NCBI GenBank assembly: GCA_046583355.1
Contig: JAYGCM010000056.1
Coordinates: forward strand, 1 to 48,580
Origin: Deltaproteobacteria bacterium
GTDB lineage: Bacteria; Desulfobacterota; Binatia; UBA12015
DNA length: 48,580 nt
Reading direction: 5' to 3'
The position numbers were made by a program, and so were the translations under genes. Below are positions 18,219 to 29,100 of this stretch, piece after piece. Below the pieces are notes generated by a model. The model was given only the letters and a program-made list of their open reading frames with translations. It searched no databases and was not told where the DNA came from. Each line of letters opens with the position of its first letter. Within the stretch, counting starts at the first letter, position 1.

Positions 18219-19073
18219 ATGATCCGTTCCATCGATCACGTGATTATCGCCGTCGCAGACCTGGAAGCGGCGGCTCTCGACTACAGCAGCCTGCTGGGCT
18301 GCCAGCCCTCCTGGTCTGGCGAACATGTGGACTGGGGCACGGGCAATGTCCTCTTCGGGCTCGACGGTATCTACGTCGAATTGCTGGCTCCGATCGGTGA
18401 GGGCGGCCTCGCCGACGCCTTGCGCTACCAGCTCGAAACCCGAGGCGAGGGGATCTTCGCCATCGCTTTTGCCACCGATGACGCCGCGGTCTGCGCGGCG
18501 ACGCTGCGCGAGCGTGGCCTGGCGGCGAGCGAACCAGTGCCGGGCGAGGGCGTTAATGCCGAGGGTAAGGTGCGGCGTTGGCGCAACGTATTGTTGCCGA
18601 CCGAGGCGAGCCGCGGTGTGATGGTTTTTGCCATCGAGCATCTCTCGGACTCCGCTCTTCTGCCCGCGGCTCGGGCGCTCGGAGCGGCACCGATTTGCGG
18701 CATTGACCATATCGTGATTCGTTCGGGCGCGGCCGACGCGACGCGCGATTTCTACCGCGATGGGCTGGGTATCCGTTTGGCGCTCGACCGCGAGTTTCCG
18801 CAATGGGGCGCCCGGATGCTCTTCTTCAAGATCGATGGCGTGGTGCTTGAGATCGTCGCGACGTTGGACGAGCCGGGCGACGACGCCCCCCCGCCCGACG
18901 AGGCCTGGGGCATTTCCTGGCGGGTATCGGATGTGGCGGCCACACAGGCCCGTCTATGCGCGGCCGGGTTTGATGTGTCGGAGGTCCGCGAGGGTCGCAA
19001 GCCCGACACCCAAGTCTGCTCGGTGCGCGACCGCACGCATGGTGTGGCGACATTGCTGCTGGGGAAAGAATGA
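18219..19073 (+). CDS. Two-domain VOC/glyoxalase family protein
   Basis: IDHVII...YVEL and IDHIVI...VLEI repeats; start moved to ATG 18219. Confidence 0.85.
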   Translation: MIRSIDHVIIAVADLEAAALDYSSLLGCQPSWSGEHVDWGTGNVLFGLDGIYVELLAPIGEGGLADALRYQLETRGEGIFAIAFATDDAAVCAATLRERGLAASEPVPGEGVNAEGKVRRWRNVLLPTEASRGVMVFAIEHLSDSALLPAARALGAAPICGIDHIVIRSGAADATRDFYRDGLGIRLALDREFPQWGARMLFFKIDGVVLEIVATLDEPGDDAPPPDEAWGISWRVSDVAATQARLCAAGFDVSEVREGRKPDTQVCSVRDRTHGVATLLLGKE

Positions 19074-19116
19074 AGCGTCGTATTGGTCCGAAGGCCACGA
19101 CCTGGGGCGGGATTGA

Positions 19117-20379
19117 ATGACGATACCTGAGACATTCCTCCTGGTGAGCGCATTGGGCGCTATTTTTACCTTGACTGGATTGGTGCAGGGGCGAAAAGCC
19201 GGGCCGCTGATTCCGCTCTATTTTTTCTCTGGCTGGCTGGCGAGCGAACTCGCGCTTTTTCATATTGCCTGGCAGGCGGCAGCGACGCTGTTTTTTGCCA
19301 GTCGTGGCGCCTTCGAGGGAACCGCGGGCTGGGCCGGCCTGGGAATCACCCTGGTTTCGTGGGTGGGCCTCTATACGCTGCACCAGCGCTCGCTGCTCGC
19401 GCAACGCGTCTTCGATGCGGCGCTGGCCGAGATCCGCGTCCCCGCCTTTGCCGAGGCGCTCGGCGAGGCGCGCCTCACGGTTGGTGAGGGGCCGACCCGC
19501 CGCGACCTTCTTCTGCCTTTCCAGATGCGGCGCCCCGGCATCGAGCGCATCCGCAACCTCTCCTACGGCGATGCCGGCAAGCGAAATCTTCTTGATATCT
19601 GGCGGCCGCAGCAACGCGAGGGGCTTTGTCCTACCTTGTTGCAGATCCACGGTGGCGGCTGGTGTATCGGCAATAAGGACCAGCAGGCACTGCCTTTGCT
19701 CAACCTCATGCCGCAACTCGGCTGGGCCTGCGTGGCGCTGAATTACCGCTTGAGTCCCAAGGCGACCTTCCCCGATCACCTCATCGACGTGAAAAAGGCG
19801 ATCGCCTGGATTCGCGAGCACGGCGCCGAGTACGGCTGTGATCCGGATCTCATCGTAGTGACGGGTGGCTCGGCGGGGGGCCACCTCGCGGCCCTGGCTG
19901 GCCTTACTGCCAACGTCGCCCGCTTTCAGCCGGGTTTCGAAGAGGTAGATACCTCGGTGGCCGGTTGTGCACCCTATTATGGGATCTACGATTTTCTCGA
20001 CCGGCAGAATTTCCGCGGCGCGGCCTCGATGGAGCCTTTCCTCGAACGCTACGTTCTGAAATGCCCCAGCAGTGAGCGCGAAAAATGGGAGGACGCATCG
20101 CCCTTCTCGCAGATCCATGCCGACGCGCCGCCTTTTTTGGTCATTCACGGTACGCACGATACGCTCGCCTTTGTCGAGGACGCGCGTGCCTTCGTCGAAG
20201 AATTGCGCCGCCAATCGGATGCGCCGGTGGCCTATGCGGAGCTGCCGGGTGCGCAGCACGCTTTCGATAATTTTCGCTCGCTGCGGGCCGAGGCTGCCAT
20301 CCGCGCCGTCGCACGCTTCGCCGAGGCCGTCCGGGTTACGCATCCCCTCGCGGCACCTCGCGTATCGGCTCGTTCCTGA
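19117..20379 (+). CDS. Membrane-anchored alpha/beta hydrolase (HSL-type esterase/lipase)
   Basis: N-terminal TM helices, HGGG oxyanion motif, GGSAGG nucleophile, HGTHD, AQHAF. Confidence 0.9.
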   Translation: MTIPETFLLVSALGAIFTLTGLVQGRKAGPLIPLYFFSGWLASELALFHIAWQAAATLFFASRGAFEGTAGWAGLGITLVSWVGLYTLHQRSLLAQRVFDAALAEIRVPAFAEALGEARLTVGEGPTRRDLLLPFQMRRPGIERIRNLSYGDAGKRNLLDIWRPQQREGLCPTLLQIHGGGWCIGNKDQQALPLLNLMPQLGWACVALNYRLSPKATFPDHLIDVKKAIAWIREHGAEYGCDPDLIVVTGGSAGGHLAALAGLTANVARFQPGFEEVDTSVAGCAPYYGIYDFLDRQNFRGAASMEPFLERYVLKCPSSEREKWEDASPFSQIHADAPPFLVIHGTHDTLAFVEDARAFVEELRRQSDAPVAYAELPGAQHAFDNFRSLRAEAAIRAVARFAEAVRVTHPLAAPRVSARS

Positions 20380-20506
20380 TTCCGGCGACGCATGGCGCAA
20401 CCCATTCGGACAGGACTGCTGGCCTCGACGCTGTCGCCGGAGTTCGCGGGCGGCGCAGCCGACCCATCGCCTCCGGAGAGCGGGCCTTGAGTCTGCGCGC
20501 CCGGAT

Positions 20507-21982
20507 TCAGTCGCTTTTTTCTTCGCTCGCGGCGGAGGCACCGGCCGCGGCAGCCAGAGTGTGCAACTTGCCTGAAGGTTCCCGCGCAGCAGCTTCGCTT
20601 AATTCCTGGAAGGCAGCTTCGATTCCCTGCACGAAGACACGCAGGTCGGCGACCATCTGGTATTCGCCGTTGAAGCCCCAACAGAGCTTGCCATCGTAGC
20701 TGAAGATCGCCACTCCGATGCCGGTATTTTCCAGCAGCGGTACCAGCGGGTAGGTTTCAACCAGCTTCGCGCCCAGCAAGTAGAGGGGGATCTGCGGACC
20801 GGGCACATTGGTGACGATCATATTGATCGGCCCGGAGGCCGCGCGCGCGCCCAATGCCAGCAGGCTCGGCGGGCTCCATTCGGCCATCGCCATCATCATT
20901 TCGACACCGAGGGCCTGCTTGGAGGACTTCAGTTCCGCGGTGATCTCATGCACGGCACGCAGGCGCTCCAGGGGATCGTCCTTGCCGATGGGCAGCCGGA
21001 TGATCCACGACGAGACCTGGTTGCCCATCTTGGCGTTGTTGTCTTCGCGGCGGACGCTGACCGGAGCTGAGACGCGGAAATCCAGCGTATCCGGGTCGAC
21101 GCGGCGGTATTTCATGAACTCGCGCACGGCACCGCTGACGGTCGTGAGGATGACATCGTTTACGGTGCAGCCGAGCTTGCGGCTGATCGCCTTGACCTCG
21201 CTGAGCGGCGTCGTCAACCAATCGAAACGACGATGCGGGCCGAGCTCGCCATTGATGGGGGAATCGTCGGCACCCTTCACCACCCAGCCGGCAAGTTCGC
21301 GGAGGGCCTGCAACCGGATGCCGATCTCGCCGCGCAGGTCTTCGGTTTCGCGCGCGAGGTTGCGGATATTGCGGATGGCTTGCAGCGGCAGCATGGCGCG
21401 GTCGATTACGGAATCACGGAAGAGCTCGAACGAACTCGGCTCGGGGCGCGGGACGTAGGCCCGCGGCGGAGCCGGGCGGTGCTCGGGTGAGGGCGAGAGC
21501 AGAATATGGGCGAGGTCGGCGCCGGCGCTACCGTCCATCATACAATGGTGAATCTTCGTGATGATGGCGAAGCGGTCGCCGCCTTCGAGCCCTTCGACGA
21601 TCCAATTTTCCCAAAGCGGGCGTGAGCGGTCGAGCGGCTGCGACATGATGCGCGCCGAGAGGTGCTTGAGTTGCTCGATTCTACCGGGCTGTGGCAGGCT
21701 CGTATGGCGGAGGTGGTAGTCCAGGTTGAAGCTATGGTCGTCCACCCAGACGGGGCGCCCTTCGAGCGGTACCCATTTCAGTTTTTGCCGGTAGCGCGGA
21801 ATCAGGTGCAGGACTCCCTCGGTTGCCCTGCGGAAGGCGGCAATATCGACCCCGCCGGCTTCCGTGCGCATCGGCCCGGATTCGAAGATCTGGGTCGCGG
21901 CAATATGCATATGAACACTGCCTTTCTCGAAGGCGAGAAAGGAGTGGTCCTGTGCTGATAATCTCTCGAAATTGTACGCCAT
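20507..21982 (-). CDS. Wax ester synthase/diacylglycerol O-acyltransferase (WS/DGAT)
   Basis: HHCMMDG (HHxxxDG), LDRSRPLW, TVNDV, TNVPGP. Confidence 0.95.
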   Translation of the reverse strand: MAYNFERLSAQDHSFLAFEKGSVHMHIAATQIFESGPMRTEAGGVDIAAFRRATEGVLHLIPRYRQKLKWVPLEGRPVWVDDHSFNLDYHLRHTSLPQPGRIEQLKHLSARIMSQPLDRSRPLWENWIVEGLEGGDRFAIITKIHHCMMDGSAGADLAHILLSPSPEHRPAPPRAYVPRPEPSSFELFRDSVIDRAMLPLQAIRNIRNLARETEDLRGEIGIRLQALRELAGWVVKGADDSPINGELGPHRRFDWLTTPLSEVKAISRKLGCTVNDVILTTVSGAVREFMKYRRVDPDTLDFRVSAPVSVRREDNNAKMGNQVSSWIIRLPIGKDDPLERLRAVHEITAELKSSKQALGVEMMMAMAEWSPPSLLALGARAASGPINMIVTNVPGPQIPLYLLGAKLVETYPLVPLLENTGIGVAIFSYDGKLCWGFNGEYQMVADLRVFVQGIEAAFQELSEAAAREPSGKLHTLAAAAGASAASEEKSD

Positions 21983-22196
21983 GGCATCTCTCCGGCCGTG
22001 CGGTGCACGGTTGGGAATCAGGAAGGACCCCGTGTGGCGGTGCTGCGAGTAGATTGTTCAGGCACGCGCCCGTCGGGGATGCTCCGACACCACCATCGCC
22101 AGCCGAGCATGTCAAGAAAATCCTTTGATGCGCGTGAATTCTCCGCAGTCGCGGTTCTAAGGGGGATGCTCGGATACGCCGATAATCCCTTCGTTC

Positions 22197-23432
22197 ATGC
22201 AGTATCGGACGGACGTGCCCACTATTCTTGCCGAAACAGGGGCGGCGCTGAGCCGCGCCATGGTTTTGCCACTTATTCTCGGCTTGCGATGGACGGCCTC
22301 GAGCCGACGTGAGCCGGTTGCCGACCTTCCGCGCCGTGGAAATACCGTTTGGCGAGGCCTACAGGCCGTCGTCGATGAGGTCTTTCTCGCCGCCGAGATC
22401 CTATGGGGTGCCCCTCTCTCGTTCCATGAACACGAGCGGATTCAGGCCGAGGTGAAAGAGGCGCTGGGGCTTTATGCCCGCCGGGGCTGGTTGGCCGACC
22501 CGGCCAGCTTCCATCCCGCACCTCCGCCGCCGGTAGCGCTGCCGATTGAGGCGCGCACGGAGCAGGGCATTTCGTTCGAGCAACTCTCCTTTGAGAGCGG
22601 CTATGCGCCCTTCCCAGGCGAACCGGGTCGCGAGCGTTGGCTCTCCTACGAAGAGAATTGGACCGCGCATGCGCGCCTTTACCGCCATGCCGACACAGCC
22701 GATAGGCCGTGGATTGTCTGCGTGCCGGGCTACCGGATGGGCGATGCGGTCGTGGATTATACGGGATTCCGGATCCGCTGGCTGCATGAGACATTGGGCT
22801 TCAATGTTGCTGTGCCGGTGCTGCCCTTTCATGGGCCGCGTCAGGTCGGCCGCCGCGGTGGTGATGGATACTTGACGGGCGATTTTCTCGATACGATCCA
22901 CGCCCAGGCGCAGACGGTTTGGGATGTGCGCCGGTTGCTGCGTTGGCTGGAGGCAGAGGGGGCTTCGCAGATCGCTGTTTATGGGGTTTCTCTCGGGGGC
23001 TATTCAGCCTCGATGATCGCGTCGTTGGAGCCGGATCTGGATTGCGCCATCGTGGGCGTTCCAGCCATCGATTTCGTCGACCTGATCCATTCCAACGCGC
23101 CAGCACCTTTGATCTGGCTGAGTCACCAGCTCGGATTTCCCTGGGACGATATCGACGATATGCTGCGGGTTGTCTCGCCGCTGGCTTTGTCGCGCGCAGT
23201 GCCGCGCGAACGCTGCTTCATTTTTGCGGGCGAGGCCGATGCGCTCGCGCCGCCCGCGCATGCGCGGGACCTCTGGGAGCATTGGGACCGGCCCGAGCTG
23301 CGCTGGTACTCGGGCGGCCATGTCTCCTTTGTCTGGGAGGCTGAGGTCGAGGAATTGCTCCTTCATGCCTTCCACGCAACGGGGATGCTCGCACCGCCGG
23401 TGGCGCCCCGGTCTCTGCGCCTCGTCAGCTGA
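22197..23432 (+). CDS. Alpha/beta fold hydrolase
   Basis: LPFHGPR, GVSLGG nucleophile elbow, C-terminal Asp and GGH. Confidence 0.82.
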   Translation: MQYRTDVPTILAETGAALSRAMVLPLILGLRWTASSRREPVADLPRRGNTVWRGLQAVVDEVFLAAEILWGAPLSFHEHERIQAEVKEALGLYARRGWLADPASFHPAPPPPVALPIEARTEQGISFEQLSFESGYAPFPGEPGRERWLSYEENWTAHARLYRHADTADRPWIVCVPGYRMGDAVVDYTGFRIRWLHETLGFNVAVPVLPFHGPRQVGRRGGDGYLTGDFLDTIHAQAQTVWDVRRLLRWLEAEGASQIAVYGVSLGGYSASMIASLEPDLDCAIVGVPAIDFVDLIHSNAPAPLIWLSHQLGFPWDDIDDMLRVVSPLALSRAVPRERCFIFAGEADALAPPAHARDLWEHWDRPELRWYSGGHVSFVWEAEVEELLLHAFHATGMLAPPVAPRSLRLVS

Positions 23433-23473
23433 ACCTCTGGCGTGACCGCCCCGGTTTCGGCTATTGGGAGTCG

Positions 23474-24976
23474 ATGGGATCGAAAGCGATACTTCGTTGG
23501 TTTTTGCGCCTTGGTGGCGGATTGCTCCTCTTCGCGGCGGGGCTTCTTTTTGCCCGTACGGAACTCGGCACCGAGTTCGCGCGGGAAACGGCGCGCGCGG
23601 CGCATCAGGTAAAACGCACGGCATTGGCCAAGGTGGCCGACGCGGGTGCGGTCGATATTCGAACCCGTCTGCTGCTCGAGAACCCCGAGCTTCTCAGCGC
23701 GATCGGTACCGGTTTCGGTGGGACATTCTCCCACGAGGTCGCACTCAATATGTTCGGCCATGATCACGCGCCGGCGATCCAGGATGCAAAGGAATTGTCC
23801 TATATCGTCGAGGTCGGCCCGCGTACCTGGCTGATCCGCATGCCGGTCGTCAACGTTGTTCTCTTCGAGACCGACGCGGGCAATGTCCTGGTCGATACCG
23901 GCATGGCACCGGCCGGACCCGCGATCCTGGAGAAGATCCGCGAGGTCAGCGACAAGCCGCTGCATACGATCATCTACACCCATGGCCACGTCGACCACGC
24001 CTATGGGACGCGCGGGATTCTCGCTGGTGGCGACGAGCCCGAGCAGATCATCGCCCACGAGAATATTCTGCCGCGTTTCGATCGCTATATCCGGCTGCGC
24101 GAATCCATCGCCGGCTATATGAGCCAGAAGTCCGAGCAGATGCCGCAGACGCGCGAAGACTTCGTGCTGCCGACGATTACCTTCTCGGACAAATACTCAT
24201 TCAAGTTGGGCGGCGAGACGTTCGTCCTGCAGCACCGCCGCGGCGAGACCGATGACCAGCTCTATGTCTGGGTACCGGGCCGGGGGGCTCTGGCATCGGC
24301 GGATTATTACCAGGGATTCCTGCCTAACGCGGGCAATGGCAAGCGGGTGCAGCGTTACCCGGAAGAATGGGCCCTTGCCTTGCGCGAGATGGCCGCGTTG
24401 GAGCCGCGGCTGCTCTTGCCGGCCCATGGCGAGGCGATCACCGAGCCGGCAAAGGTACAGGAGGCGCTGCTGGTTCACGCCGAGGCGCTGCAGAGTATCG
24501 TCGACCAGACCATTGTCGGCCTGAACGAGGGTCTGCGGCAGGATGAAATCTTTGCTTCCGTGGCTCTACCGGAACATCTGCAGGGTCACCCGCTGCTCAA
24601 TATACAATACGTCTCGCCCGCAGATATCTCGAAAATGGTACTCAAGCGCTATGCCGGCTGGTGGGATGATATTCCGTCGAATTGGTCGCCCGCATCTGTG
24701 CCGGCACAGGGCGTCGAGATCGTGCGGCTCGCCGGCGGCATGGATGCGCTCACGGCGCGGGCGCGCCAGCTTGTCGACAGCGACCCGCAGATGGCCTCGC
24801 ATCTGGCCGATTGGGCCTTCTATGCCGACCCGCAAGATCCGCGGGCGCAGGCGATCATCATCGATGTCTACCGCGCACGGATTCTCGATCCCGTGACCAA
24901 TACCCAGGAGGCGCTCGCCTACCTTGACCAGATGGCTCGGGCCCGTGCCCGTCAGCTTCGCGTAGCCGGTAGCTGA
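23474..24976 (+). CDS. Alkyl-sulfatase-like metallo-beta-lactamase fold hydrolase with N-terminal anchor
   Basis: THGHVDH, GETDD, PNAGN, PAHG; RYAGWWD dimerisation-domain motif. Confidence 0.85.
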   Translation: MGSKAILRWFLRLGGGLLLFAAGLLFARTELGTEFARETARAAHQVKRTALAKVADAGAVDIRTRLLLENPELLSAIGTGFGGTFSHEVALNMFGHDHAPAIQDAKELSYIVEVGPRTWLIRMPVVNVVLFETDAGNVLVDTGMAPAGPAILEKIREVSDKPLHTIIYTHGHVDHAYGTRGILAGGDEPEQIIAHENILPRFDRYIRLRESIAGYMSQKSEQMPQTREDFVLPTITFSDKYSFKLGGETFVLQHRRGETDDQLYVWVPGRGALASADYYQGFLPNAGNGKRVQRYPEEWALALREMAALEPRLLLPAHGEAITEPAKVQEALLVHAEALQSIVDQTIVGLNEGLRQDEIFASVALPEHLQGHPLLNIQYVSPADISKMVLKRYAGWWDDIPSNWSPASVPAQGVEIVRLAGGMDALTARARQLVDSDPQMASHLADWAFYADPQDPRAQAIIIDVYRARILDPVTNTQEALAYLDQMARARARQLRVAGS

Positions 24977-25013
24977 GCGAAGCTGGTGGCAGCGGCCCGG
25001 CCGAGAGCCCGGA

Positions 25014-26093
25014 TTACATGCTGGCGGCGACGTCGGCGTCCATGCCCGTGCCGAAGCGATCGCCGAACATTATGCCGCATTTACGGTAGCCCGACTCGGT
25101 GCGCTCGGTGATGAGACCGAGGCGTGAGAGGTTCGGCACAACCGTATGCATGAAGATCTTGCTGTTGAACTCGGCCCATTCGGGCATGGCGAGCGCCATC
25201 TGCAGGATATCGTCGGCATTGAATCCGTATTTCGGGCCGAAGAGTTGCAGCATATCGATCTGCTGAGTCGCGTTCAGGGCTTCGAGAATATCGAAGGCGA
25301 AGTCCTCCATCTCCTCCAATTCTTCTTTTTCGGCCTCGGCGACGGTCTTGCGCATCAACAGGATGCCGAAGGCGGCGTGGCGCGCTTCGTCCATTTTTAC
25401 GCGGCGTACCATATCCGTGACCAGCGGATTTTGTGAGTTGCGATGGAAGCCGTCGAGAATGGAAACGGCCATACCCTCGAAGAGGCATTGCATGCCGAGG
25501 GTTTTCATCTTCCAGCCCTCGGCGGAAAGCAGGCGGTCGAGCAGCGCTTTGAGCGTACCGCCGATGGGGTAAATCTTGCCGACTTTGCACTCGAGAAATT
25601 TGGCGATGACCTCAACGTGACGAGCTTCGTCGATCACCTGTGAGGCTGCGTAGAATTTCGCATCGATGCCGGGGCAAGCATTGGTGAGCTGGCCGCAGAT
25701 CTGCAGGGCTGCCTGCTCGCCGTGCAGAAGCTGCGAGAGGGAGTAGGCGAACTCATCGTGCGCGGCTTCGCGGCAGGTCTCTTCGTCTTTGCCCATCATC
25801 TTGAGGACGGTCGGCAGGAAGAGGGCATCGCCATCGGGCTTCATGCACCACGTCGAGGCATCGAAATCGGTATTCCAGTCGAGGTCGGTCTGGGCGTTCC
25901 ATTGGCCGGCTTTGCCGCGTTCATAGAGGGCGCGCAGATCGCTGGCTTCCTCGGCATAAGACCACGTCCAATGGAGATCGAGGGGCGCGGCGATGTCGAT
26001 CTGGGCGCGCAGGGACTCGGTCTTTTTCTCATCAATATCGAGAAGGTCGAAATTGCCGAGTTGGCGGCGATGGTCGCTGAGAATCTTATTCAT
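25014..26093 (-). CDS. Ferritin-like diiron protein (AurF/desaturase-like fold)
   Basis: HGEQAA, two DEARH motifs, EG helix; ATG 26093 preceded by AAGGA. Confidence 0.82.
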   Translation of the reverse strand: MNKILSDHRRQLGNFDLLDIDEKKTESLRAQIDIAAPLDLHWTWSYAEEASDLRALYERGKAGQWNAQTDLDWNTDFDASTWCMKPDGDALFLPTVLKMMGKDEETCREAAHDEFAYSLSQLLHGEQAALQICGQLTNACPGIDAKFYAASQVIDEARHVEVIAKFLECKVGKIYPIGGTLKALLDRLLSAEGWKMKTLGMQCLFEGMAVSILDGFHRNSQNPLVTDMVRRVKMDEARHAAFGILLMRKTVAEAEKEELEEMEDFAFDILEALNATQQIDMLQLFGPKYGFNADDILQMALAMPEWAEFNSKIFMHTVVPNLSRLGLITERTESGYRKCGIMFGDRFGTGMDADVAASM

Positions 26094-26145
26094 TTCTGGT
26101 TTCCTTTTTATCGGCAGCTGCGGGCTGCGCGGATGGACTCCAGCC

Positions 26146-26174
26146 AGTCTAGAGTAAAACTGAGGATGTCTCAA
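26146..26174 (-). promoter_or_regulatory. Sigma70-type promoter of the diiron gene
   Basis: Minus strand TTGAGA-17 nt-TAGACT, 52 nt upstream of the ATG. Confidence 0.65.
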
Positions 26175-26195
26175 CAGTTAATTTCCGCAGTATTT

Positions 26196-29100
26196 TCAAG
26201 GGGATTCGGGCTTGCCCGCTGTGAGTTCGCGGATCTTGATGTTGCGGAAGAAGACGATATCGCCGTGGTCCTGGAGTGCGATATGGCCCTCGAGGGCACG
26301 GCCGAAGCCTTCGGAACCGGAAAATTTACTTGCGGCAATCGCGTCATCCCATTGTCCCGATCCGCGCGTGATCGAGACGATTCTTTCGCCATTGAGCCAA
26401 TGCTCGATGCTCTCGCCGCGGACACGGATGCGTGCCTCGTTCCACTCCCCGGCCGGCCGTGCCGTGCCCTCCCGCCCGCCCTGCAGGTCGTAGAGGTCGC
26501 CGGCGCGGCGCTTCGCGATCTTGCCGTCGCTATGGCGCGCGTCGTCAAGCACCTGCATCTCGAGACCGTAACTCCAAGCGGGAAAGGTCTCTTCGTTCGG
26601 CACGGCGTAGAAGATGCCGCTATTGGCGCCTGGCGTGACCTTCCAGTCAATGCGGAGTTCGAAGTCGCGGAACTTTTTCTCGGTCAGAAGCTCGAGGGCG
26701 CCTTCGGTAAACGGATTGATATGGTTCCATACCATTTCGACGAAGCTTACGTCGCGGGTGAATTTGAGTGTCTGATTCTCGATCACCCAGCCATCGATGC
26801 TGCTGTCGTCCCGTCCGTAGATCTTCCAGCCGGCAAAACTCCGACCGTCCCAAAGAAGCCGCCAACCCGCCGCACGCTCGGTCTCGGTGAGGGTATTATG
26901 AGTGGTGTCTTCCGCGGCTTCCCGACTTGCCTCCGGGATTTCGTTCAGGGTGTACCAAGCCTCGTTGACCCAAAGCGACTCGCCCGTATCGGCGCGCAAA
27001 GCGCGGTCGAAATGTAGGTAGACGACGCTGCCCTTCTTGCGCCCGCCCACGCGCAGCGAGACCCGCCGCCGGTCTGTGGCGAGCGTGACGCTCAGAACAG
27101 GCAATCTCTTCAAATCATATTTCGGGCCGCCATAATATGGATTGGGCCGGTAGGACCATTGTTGCAGGGCGAAATGCTCGGGGCCGGGAGGGGTGTCGCC
27201 CGAGAGGGGCCGGGTGAAGATGATATCGAAACCCTCGGGTGTGGCATGGACCTCGAGGGCTTCGAAGGCCGGTTGGTCGCCGAGGCGCAGCAATTCAAGC
27301 CCGTAGCCGGGCTTGCCCGGCTCACCCCAATTGCCACGGCTGCCGATCTCGCCGGCCACGATCGCGCCGTCGTCGGCCGCGATCAGGCGATGTACGGGCG
27401 CTTGGAGTCCGCCGGAGAAATGAAAGGCAGCGCCCTGGTCGACGCCATGGATGGTCTCCAGGAATCCACGCTTGAGGCCGCCGTTGAAGATATCGCCGAA
27501 GAGAATATGCCCGGCGTAGGGGCCGCTTTTCAGGACCAGGGGCTGGGTCGGTGAGTTGCCGACTTCGTTTTGCGGTAACCAGAGCGCAGGTGGTGTGGTC
27601 GGGCCGTGGTCCTGCTGGTCACCGGGGGCGCGCCAACCGTGGAAGGAACCCGGTCGGACTCGCACCAGCTTGCTCGCCGGCAACCAACTGCCCTGATTGT
27701 CGGTTACCAGCAGGCTGCCATCGGGCGCCGCGGCAATGCCGTTGGGTGTGCGAAAACCGTGCGCGACGAATTCCAACGCCCCGGTTTCGCTGTGGACGCG
27801 GAAGATCCGGCCACGGTCGGCATGCTGCTCAAGGCAACTATCGCCGCCTGGGCGCACACAGGAAGAGATGCCGGCATAGAGCCAGCCCTCGATGGCGGCC
27901 AGGCCGAAGCCGAATTCATGGAAATTCGAAGTCGCGCCGAATGCGTTGGAAAGATTGCGATATTCGTCGACTCGGCCGTCGCCATCGAGGTCGATGAGTT
28001 GTGTGAGTTCCTGTTTTTGCATCACGAAGAGCGCGTCGCCGACCACCGCGAGGCCGAGAGGTTCGTGCAGGCCCTCGGCAATCCTCGTCACCTGTGCCGC
28101 CGCGCCCCGGTCGCGCCAGCCCTCGATGGCGTAGACGCTGCCGTCGGGATCCCAGGTGGCTACGGCCAGCCGGCCATCGGGCAAGATGGCGATGCCGCCG
28201 GTTTGCGGCTTGAAATTCGGCGGGCCGATAGGGCTGGCCGTAAGCGACGGATGCAATGTCGCGGGGCCAGGTTCGGTGGGGAAGCCGAAGGTCCATTGGC
28301 TACCGGCCTCGGTGCCGGCTGGTGGCTCGGCAACCGTGGGCGCCATGGCGAGAATCTCGCGCGCCAGCTTCGTGGCCTCCGCGGGGGCGATATGCGGCTG
28401 CGCCGGCATGGGGACCTCACCCCAGACGCCCTGGCTGCCCGCACGGATCTGCACGCTCAGTTTCTGCACGGCGGCCTCGCGTTGGTCGTCCAGATAGCGC
28501 ATCGCGATCTCGCGCCAGGCCGGTCCGACGATGCGCTCCTGCTCGTGGTGGCAGCTGGTGCAGCCGTGCCGAACGAAAGGTTGCGTGGCAAAGAGTGCCG
28601 GTGTGGAGTCGATCGCGAGGAGCGGTTCTCCCAGCGGCGTGGTGATACTGGCGTTGGTTGCCTCGAAGACGAGCCTCCCTGCTTCGTCTTTCTGGATGTT
28701 CTCCAAGGTGGCGCCGGCTCCCGCCCCGCCGGCGACCAGGGCGACGGCGGGCCCTTCTTCCTGCAAGACGAAATGCCGCTCAAGCCGCAGGCCTGCCAAG
28801 TCCCGCCGTAGCTCGGGGCGCTCGATCACCTTGCGCACCGCCCCGCTGGCACCGACAAGATCGAAATGGAGCTGCACACCGGCCTGTTCCGGGTCGAGAA
28901 TATGGCCCCGCCAGCGCACGCGCGCCGGGCGCCATGCGCCGTTCTCGCGCACGCGCCAGGAAGTCTCTGGCGGGGGCATCCACCAGGCGATGCCGCGGCT
29001 GGCGGGTTCGGCGCCGTGCACGCCATCGTAGACCGGGCCCGTGAGATTCAGATCGCCCTGCCAGAGCCGGTGAATCGAGCCAGTCTCGGTGCTGTAGGCA

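Noticed and set aside
20381..20441. 9-bp inverted repeat between convergent genes
   Set aside because: 43-nt loop and GC-rich arms; too weak to call a terminator.
18826..20541. 571-aa minus-strand ORF (likewise 4642-6162, 25722-27017, 35828-37114, 37215-38636, 45091-46275)
   Set aside because: Each overlaps a well-supported gene in another frame or strand and has no recognisable domain.
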